64,000 bases of DNA from an uncultured delta proteobacterium (lineage in GTDB: Bacteria; Desulfobacterota; BSN033; UBA1163): positions 384,001 to 448,000 of the forward strand of contig CAWHBU010000006.1 in assembly GCA_963827685.1 (NCBI GenBank). The letters are read 5' to 3'. Positions 58,281-64,000 of this stretch are shown one piece after another. The stretch's first letter is position 1, and each line of letters starts with the position of its first letter. The notes below the pieces were generated by a model. That model had not been told where the DNA came from. It made no database searches and was given only the letters and a program-made list of their open reading frames with translations. The translations under genes were made by a program, and so were the position numbers.

Positions 58281-59045
58281 ATGACCGTCATTCATATTAA
58301 TGTGCCCTATGCCATGCTTCTTCACCGCATCGATTTTGCCATCGAGAACCGAATCAATCCTGAAATCTATTTCAGTGCGGAAGATTTGGATGCCTGCCGT
58401 GAGAAAGATGCTCAATCCCTGTCAAAAATGCTCCAAGAAAACCAATTGGAAATTACCCTCCATGGTCCATTCATGGATTTAAGCCCTGGAGGAGTGGATC
58501 GAAGGGTCAAAGAGGTGACCCGTGACCGACTGTCAAAGACGATCAAATTGGCACAATTCTTCAAACCCAAGATGATCGTCTTTCATCCAGGGTACGAGAG
58601 ATGGAAATTTGATGGAAATATCGAGCTTTGGCTCGAGAGCAGTCTTCAAACCTGGAGACCGCTGGTCAAGGCGGCAGAGGAGATGGGGTTAACCCTCGCC
58701 ATTGAAAATGTTTTTGAAGAGACCCCCGATTCTATCAAAAATCTTTTGGAAGAGATCCATTCACCCCATTTTCGATTCTGCTTCGACACGGGCCACCACA
58801 ACGTTTTCAGCAAGGCCCCTCTCCCGATTTGGATGGAAGCCTTGGGGGAATTTCTGGGTGAGGTCCACCTCCACGATAATCACAAGGAGATGGACGAACA
58901 TCTTCCTGTGGGAGAAGGAAGGTTCGATTTTAACCAATTCTTCTCCCTCCTTTCACAATATAAACTGAATCCTCTTTATACTATCGAGCCCCATGAAGAA
59001 GCCCATCTCTGGAGGGGATTGGAGGCCGTAAAGAAATACATTTAA
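58281..59045 (+). CDS. Sugar phosphate isomerase/epimerase (AP endonuclease 2 TIM-barrel) family protein
   Basis: HGPF.DL, FHPG, IENVFE, FDTGH, HLHDN....DEH...G.G, TIEPH. Confidence 0.85.
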   Translation: MTVIHINVPYAMLLHRIDFAIENRINPEIYFSAEDLDACREKDAQSLSKMLQENQLEITLHGPFMDLSPGGVDRRVKEVTRDRLSKTIKLAQFFKPKMIVFHPGYERWKFDGNIELWLESSLQTWRPLVKAAEEMGLTLAIENVFEETPDSIKNLLEEIHSPHFRFCFDTGHHNVFSKAPLPIWMEALGEFLGEVHLHDNHKEMDEHLPVGEGRFDFNQFFSLLSQYKLNPLYTIEPHEEAHLWRGLEAVKKYI

Positions 59046-59121
59046 GATTTCAGATTGTAGATTGCAGATTGAAATCCCGCCTTTGGCGGGACTGAAATCG
59101 GGATGCTCAAATCTAAAATAA

Positions 59122-59335
59122 GGTTCTTCCGGCTTTCGTGTGGGTGGCATCCGCCTAACCCCCCTTCATCCCCCCTTAAGTTAAGGGGGGATGAAGGGGG
59201 GTTAGACAACGGGAGTTGAGGCGTAAGTCAGACCGATGCGGAAAGGACCCTCTGGGCACGCCTGCGAAACAGGTAACCCCACCCAACCTCCCCTTAAATA
59301 AGGGGAGGTAACCCACAAAAAAATCCGGAAGAGCC
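59122..59335. mobile_element. MITE containing REP hairpins and a DUF559 (Vsr-like endonuclease) gene remnant
   Basis: TIR ggttcttccggctttcgtgtgggt / acccacaaaaaaatccggaagagcc; interior QRELRR/SQTDAERTLWARLRNR* (59207-59276). Confidence 0.7.
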
Positions 59336-59357
59336 ATAGTTTTGAATTTCCGCTTTT

Positions 59358-60080
59358 CTACGTCTCACCCAGATAGGCTTTCCGTACCATCCCGTTCGCG
59401 CGTAAATTCTCCGCTGTGTCACTGAGCACCACAGAACCACTTTGCAGAACGTAGCCCCGGTTGGCAACTTGAAGGGCGATGGATGCGTTTTGTTCCACCA
59501 GAAGGATGGTTGTACCCCCTGCGTTCAGTTGCTGGATCGTTTCAAAGATACTATCGACCAGCACCGGTGCCAAACCCATTGAAGGTTCATCCATCAAGAG
59601 AAGTCGTGGGTTCGCCATCAGAGCCCGACCAATAGCCAGCATCTGTTGCTCCCCACCACTGAGCGTACCCGCCACCTGTTTGCCGCGTACTTTCAGCTTT
59701 GGGAAGAGCGTGAAGGCCTTTTCGAGGTTCGCCCGGATCAACTTGGGATCTTTGCAGCCGAAGGCACCCATCTCCAGATTCTCCATCACGGTGAGTTGTT
59801 CGAACACGCGACGTCCTTCGGGAACCTGCACGACCCCCTTGACCACAATCTCATGGGGAGGGTAGCAGGTGAGGTCTTCACCATCGAGACGGATTGACCC
59901 CAGGCGCGGTCGCAACAGACCGCTGATTGTTTTGAGCAAGGTGGTCTTGCCCGCTCCATTCGCTCCGATCAGAGTGACGATCTCCCCTGTCTCAACAGAA
60001 AGCGAAACATCTTTGAGGGCATGGATATGTCCGTAGTAGGTGTGGATGTTTTCGACTTCAAGCATCGGCCTGTTGCTCAC
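59358..60080 (-). CDS. livF: Branched-chain amino acid ABC transporter ATPase
   Basis: GANGAGKTT, VPEGRRVF, LSGGEQQML, DEPSMGL. Confidence 0.92.
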   Translation of the reverse strand: MSNRPMLEVENIHTYYGHIHALKDVSLSVETGEIVTLIGANGAGKTTLLKTISGLLRPRLGSIRLDGEDLTCYPPHEIVVKGVVQVPEGRRVFEQLTVMENLEMGAFGCKDPKLIRANLEKAFTLFPKLKVRGKQVAGTLSGGEQQMLAIGRALMANPRLLLMDEPSMGLAPVLVDSIFETIQQLNAGGTTILLVEQNASIALQVANRGYVLQSGSVVLSDTAENLRANGMVRKAYLGET

Positions 60081-60086
60081 ACTCTT

Positions 60087-60908
60087 CTATCCACTGGCGC
60101 TCCGAGCTTCGACCTCGCTCCTTCGCCCCAAATACGCCTCGATGACCCGCGGGTTATTCTGAACTTCGGCCGGAGTGCCTTCAGCGATCTTCTCCCCGTA
60201 GTCTAACACCGTCACAATCTCTGAGATACCCATCACAACCCGCATCTGATGTTCAATGAGAAGGATGGAAATACCCAATTCGTCACGGAGGTGGCGAATA
60301 AAGTCCATCATCTCTCGCGTCTCCCGCGGATTCATTCCAGCCGTGGGCTCATCGAGGAGAAGTAATTTTGGCCGGTTGGCGAGGGCTCGGGCAATCTCCA
60401 GCCGTCGCTGGTCGCCATAGGGAAGATTCTTTGCCAGAAAATCCCCTTTCACAGCAAGGTTGACAAACTGGAGGAGGTGCTGCGCCTCTTCTGCAGCCTC
60501 TTTCTCTTCTTGCCGGGTGGCAGGCCATCCCAAAACAATACCGAGGAATCCCGCTTTTAAATGGCTATGAAGGCCCACCAGGACATTCTCCTTCGCTGTC
60601 AGATTGGGGAAGAGGCGAATATTCTGATAGGTTCGGGCAATCCCGAGCCGAACGACTTGGTCAGGCAAGAGGCCAACCAGCGAATGGCTGTCCAAGAGAA
60701 TCTCTCCAGCCTCAGGCCGGTAAAATCCGGTGACACAGTTGAAGAAGGTCGTCTTGCCCGCACCATTGGGTCCGATGATGCTGTGGATCGCATGCTCTTG
60801 GACTTCCAGGTCTAACTCATCCAGAGCAACCAATCCGCCAAACCGTTTCGTAGCTTTTCGTGCAGTGAGAATAGCCATAAGATCTTCATCCCTCAACGTT
60901 GCATTCAA
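60087..60908 (-). CDS. livG: Branched-chain amino acid ABC transporter ATPase
   Basis: GPNGAGKTT, RTYQNIRLF, LPYGDQRRLEIARAL, DEPTAG. Confidence 0.92.
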   Translation of the reverse strand: MNATLRDEDLMAILTARKATKRFGGLVALDELDLEVQEHAIHSIIGPNGAGKTTFFNCVTGFYRPEAGEILLDSHSLVGLLPDQVVRLGIARTYQNIRLFPNLTAKENVLVGLHSHLKAGFLGIVLGWPATRQEEKEAAEEAQHLLQFVNLAVKGDFLAKNLPYGDQRRLEIARALANRPKLLLLDEPTAGMNPRETREMMDFIRHLRDELGISILLIEHQMRVVMGISEIVTVLDYGEKIAEGTPAEVQNNPRVIEAYLGRRSEVEARSASG

Positions 60909-60927
60909 TCGGCAGGTGAGTGTGCTT

Positions 60928-61055
60928 CCAAAACTTCATCATTGCGGTTCTTATATAAGCTTTATGGGTAACATACGATTTCACCTAAGGTAACCTTTGC
61001 AATATGCTTGGAAACCGGGTAGTAAATGTTCGAAGGAGCCGCAATAAAGTTTTGG
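60928..61055. repeat. MITE-like element with imperfect TIR inside the liv operon
   Basis: ccaaaacttcatcattgcggttctt / aaggagccgcaataaagttttgg. Confidence 0.5.
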
Positions 61056-61151
61056 CGATAAATCGCCCGGAGCTGTAGTTGTCTTTTTTATTTTTTGCCG
61101 GCCCAGCACACCCACCTGTCTCTGGCAACGTTTATTGTGCAATTGTTAGGT

Positions 61152-62864
61152 CTACTCACGTGATGCAGAGCCCGATGCCAATTCTCTCTCAGTCTCAGTC
61201 GATCCCTCTTTGTGCAACTCCTGACGCCGTTTCGCCTCGGGCCAGAGGCCTTCCGGCCGGAGAATCATCATTGCCACGAGAGCTGCTCCATAAACAAGAA
61301 GACGATACTCCGCAAATTCCCGAAGCAGCTCGGGGAGGCCCACGAGAGCGATAGCTCCCACGATGACTCCGGGGATGCTTCCCATACCTCCCACAATGAT
61401 GAGGCAGAGGATGTTAATGGAAATCATCACGTTGAAACTGTGAGGATAGACCGATCCGAGTTTGCTCGCGAAGATGGCCCCACTTAAAGCTGAGAAGCCG
61501 GCGCCGGTGGCGAAGGCAAGCAGCTTGGCGGCAACGAGATTGATTCCCATGGCCTGGGCCACGTCCTCATCTTCGCGTACTGCCATCCAGGCACGACCCA
61601 ACCGGGAATCTCTTAGGCGCCAGGAGATAAAGCCGGCAAGCAAACACCCGGCGAGCAGGAGATAGTAGATCTGCTGGGGAGTGGCGAACTCAATCCCTCC
61701 AATCGACGCCTTCGGGATTTTAGCAATACCCTGTGCTCCTCCAAGCCATGGTCGCAAAAAGTCGGAAAGGACAAGAATGCGAATAATTTCGCCAAAGCCA
61801 AGGGTTGCAATGGCGAGGTAGTCGCCACGCATCTTGAGGACAGGTATTCCTAAAAGAATCCCGGACACTACTCCCATAACGATCGCAAAGGGGAGAGCTT
61901 CCCAAAATGACAGATTTAAAAAGCCCAGCTCAGGCGAGGTCAATACGGCAACCGTGTAGGCACCAATGGCAAAGAAGGCCACGTAACCGAGATCTAAGAG
62001 ACCAGCGAATCCGACGACAATATTTAGGCCCAAACCCAGGAGAACGAAGAGGCCAACAATGGTCAATACTTCACTTAAGAAGAGACCGAGAATCTGTGGC
62101 AGAGCAACCAAGATAACGACGAAAAGAAGGGAACTCGTTATCCTTAGGGCACGCTGGCGTGAAGGAGGCAGGCGCTGCAGGCCTGTTTTAATCGTGCCCC
62201 CACTTTTCATCCAATAGTAGGAAACGGCGGAGATGAGAATGAACAACGATAGCGCACCCGGAACGGTGAGTCCGTTCACGGGGAAAAACCACTGGTTGAT
62301 CTCTGCAACCGGTCCCCAAGCCGCAAAGATGGCACGAAGCAAATCTTGTAGCAAACCCGCCATAGCCACACCGCCCAAGGACGTGATCAATATGCGACGA
62401 AGAAGTGAAGGAGAAAGATAGAGCAGACCTGAAAGTGAGCTACTCAAGCTTGCTAAAATAAGAAGCAGGACAATACCGGTCCCTACCCCTTGATTAAAGG
62501 TGAGCAGTTTATAAAGCCCCGGCGACGCATTGATGAAGACAGCCCTTAGTCTCACCATGCTTCCCACAGTAACCAGTAGTGACATCAGTCCACCGAGGAT
62601 CAGACCCGAGATGAGGCTGTTGACAAGAACCCTTAAGGGCTCAGGCCGAGTTGTCCGTCTTGCAGACAGGTATCCTGTAAACATTGCGACCACGAGCAAC
62701 AGGGTTTGGCCCATTGAAATGGCATCGCTGATCATATAGCGTTGGCTAAATGCCTCCACCATTCCGACGAGTGCCAACAGGACTTCTACGATGCCTCCGA
62801 TCAGTCCAATTCTTATTCCCTGTCGCCAAACAGACCGAAGTTGTATCATTGCTTCTCTTCCCAA
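61152..62864 (-). CDS. livM: Branched-chain amino acid ABC permease with N-terminal membrane extension
   Basis: LGLNIVVGFAGLLDLGYVAFFAIGAY, GDYLAI.TLGFGEI, GRAW.A.REDE. Confidence 0.9.
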   Translation of the reverse strand: MGREAMIQLRSVWRQGIRIGLIGGIVEVLLALVGMVEAFSQRYMISDAISMGQTLLLVVAMFTGYLSARRTTRPEPLRVLVNSLISGLILGGLMSLLVTVGSMVRLRAVFINASPGLYKLLTFNQGVGTGIVLLLILASLSSSLSGLLYLSPSLLRRILITSLGGVAMAGLLQDLLRAIFAAWGPVAEINQWFFPVNGLTVPGALSLFILISAVSYYWMKSGGTIKTGLQRLPPSRQRALRITSSLLFVVILVALPQILGLFLSEVLTIVGLFVLLGLGLNIVVGFAGLLDLGYVAFFAIGAYTVAVLTSPELGFLNLSFWEALPFAIVMGVVSGILLGIPVLKMRGDYLAIATLGFGEIIRILVLSDFLRPWLGGAQGIAKIPKASIGGIEFATPQQIYYLLLAGCLLAGFISWRLRDSRLGRAWMAVREDEDVAQAMGINLVAAKLLAFATGAGFSALSGAIFASKLGSVYPHSFNVMISINILCLIIVGGMGSIPGVIVGAIALVGLPELLREFAEYRLLVYGAALVAMMILRPEGLWPEAKRRQELHKEGSTETERELASGSASRE

Positions 62865-62880
62865 CGGAAAAATAATTTCT

Positions 62881-62925
62881 AATCCCCCCTCGCCCCCCTT
62901 TGTTAAAGGGGGGCGAGGGGGGATT
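62881..62925. repeat. G/C-rich REP-like hairpin
   Basis: aatcccccctcgcccccctt-tgtt-aaaggggggcgaggggggatt. Confidence 0.8.
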
Positions 62926-63987
62926 TTAAGCCTTTTTCACGGCCAACCGCTCGCCGAGTATGCCCGTGGGTCGAAAGATCAGCACGAGCACGAGCATGGT
63001 AAAGGCAATGGCATCTTTCAATTGGTAAGGTGCCACAATGCCCAGACCATCGAGAAAGAGGCTGGGCCCCACTGATTCGACGAGCCCAAGAAAAATTCCT
63101 CCCAGCATGGCACCAGGGATATTGCCGATGCCTCCCAACACCGCTGCCGTAAAGGCCTTGATCCCTGGAACAAAGCCCATAAAAAAATGAACCTGCTTGA
63201 ACATCAAAGCGTAGAGGACCCCGGCGGCTCCGGCTGCCATCCCACCGATCACGAATGTCGTCACAATCATCCTGTCGATGTTGATTCCCATCAGCGCCGA
63301 TATCTCCTTATCTTCCGACACCGCGCGTATCGCCTTACCCACTCGGGTGCGCTGAATAAAGGTGTAGAGGCTCATCATGAGAAATGCCGCAGCCAATATC
63401 ACCACCGCTTGAAACCTTAAGATCCGGAATCCACTGATGACAATCGGACCTTCCAGGATCTTCACCGTGGGGTATGCTTGAAAACCCGAACCGTAAAGCC
63501 CCCGAAAGGTGTATTGTAAGAAGAAAGACGCTCCGATCGCAGTGATGAGCGGGACCAAGCGGGGTGCATTCCTCAAGGGGCGGTAAGCAACGCGCTCGAG
63601 AAGAACGGCAATCAGAGTTGAGGTGGCCATAGAAACAATGAAAACGATGAGAAGGCTGATGACGGGCTGACGATCGAGGAAACCCGATTTGTTGAGAGAA
63701 GCCGCGACAAAATAAGCGGTGTAAGGACCGCTCATGAAGACCTCGCCGTGGGCAAAATTGATCATCCGCAGAATCCCATAGACCATGGTGTAGCCCATAG
63801 CGATGAGGGCGTAGATGCTCCCTTGAGCTAAACCGAAGATAATGAAATCGAACCAGTGCCGAGAGGTATATCGGCCTGCTGTTAAAGTGGCGATGGACCC
63901 CCAAACAATCAAGGTTAAAACGGCTCCACCAATGGACCACATGAGGATATCTGTGAGCGTGATTGACTCTTTCCATCGTTTCAGCAT
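62926..63987 (-). CDS. livH: Branched-chain amino acid ABC permease
   Basis: GSIYALIAMGYTMVYGIL..INFAHGE, KAFTAAVLGGIG. Confidence 0.92.
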   Translation of the reverse strand: MLKRWKESITLTDILMWSIGGAVLTLIVWGSIATLTAGRYTSRHWFDFIIFGLAQGSIYALIAMGYTMVYGILRMINFAHGEVFMSGPYTAYFVAASLNKSGFLDRQPVISLLIVFIVSMATSTLIAVLLERVAYRPLRNAPRLVPLITAIGASFFLQYTFRGLYGSGFQAYPTVKILEGPIVISGFRILRFQAVVILAAAFLMMSLYTFIQRTRVGKAIRAVSEDKEISALMGINIDRMIVTTFVIGGMAAGAAGVLYALMFKQVHFFMGFVPGIKAFTAAVLGGIGNIPGAMLGGIFLGLVESVGPSLFLDGLGIVAPYQLKDAIAFTMLVLVLIFRPTGILGERLAVKKA

Positions 63988-64000
63988 AAGAATTCCTGCC

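Noticed and set aside
13291-59335. Repeats as CRISPR arrays
   Set aside because: No identical direct repeats separated by unique, equal-length spacers; no cas genes
1-64000. tRNA/rRNA genes or prophage
   Set aside because: No cloverleaf or rRNA-like segments and no phage structural genes recognised

Overview
Chromosomal window from an anaerobic bacterium, most likely Desulfobacterota/'Deltaproteobacteria' (inferred from gene content). From left to right: (1) a GntR-bracketed catabolic cluster (URO-D-family methyltransferase, corrinoid protein, exported rhodanese, Liv-type ABC transporter, aryl-alcohol dehydrogenase, aldehyde:ferredoxin oxidoreductase); (2) an IclR/acyl-CoA ligase/acetylene-hydratase-like molybdoenzyme operon whose molybdoenzyme is interrupted; (3) an ECF sigma/AhpD module and a second molybdoenzyme; (4) two integron cassette arrays behind two homologous attI-like sites, one with only an N-terminal intI remnant and one with no intI, several of whose attC sites are hit by an IS1182 derivative or MITEs; (5) argG and a frameshifted argH; (6) a ~17 kb lipid-tailoring operon (FabG, atypical FabD, ACP, thioesterase, acyltransferase, GT2, ATP-grasp, four B12-radical SAM enzymes, and a radical SAM/SPASM enzyme fused in operon to a split PlsA/Ger-like reductase-activase); (7) radC, tatBC and a second Liv operon. 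The window is dense in nested palindromic elements: RAYT-associated REPs, G/C hairpins (some translated inside proteins), heptamer-repeat palindromes and a DUF559-derived MITE. The best candidate for an undescribed system is the lipid operon, a possible ether/membrane-spanning, methylated lipid pathway. All family assignments come from recognising motifs by eye; no database search was run.
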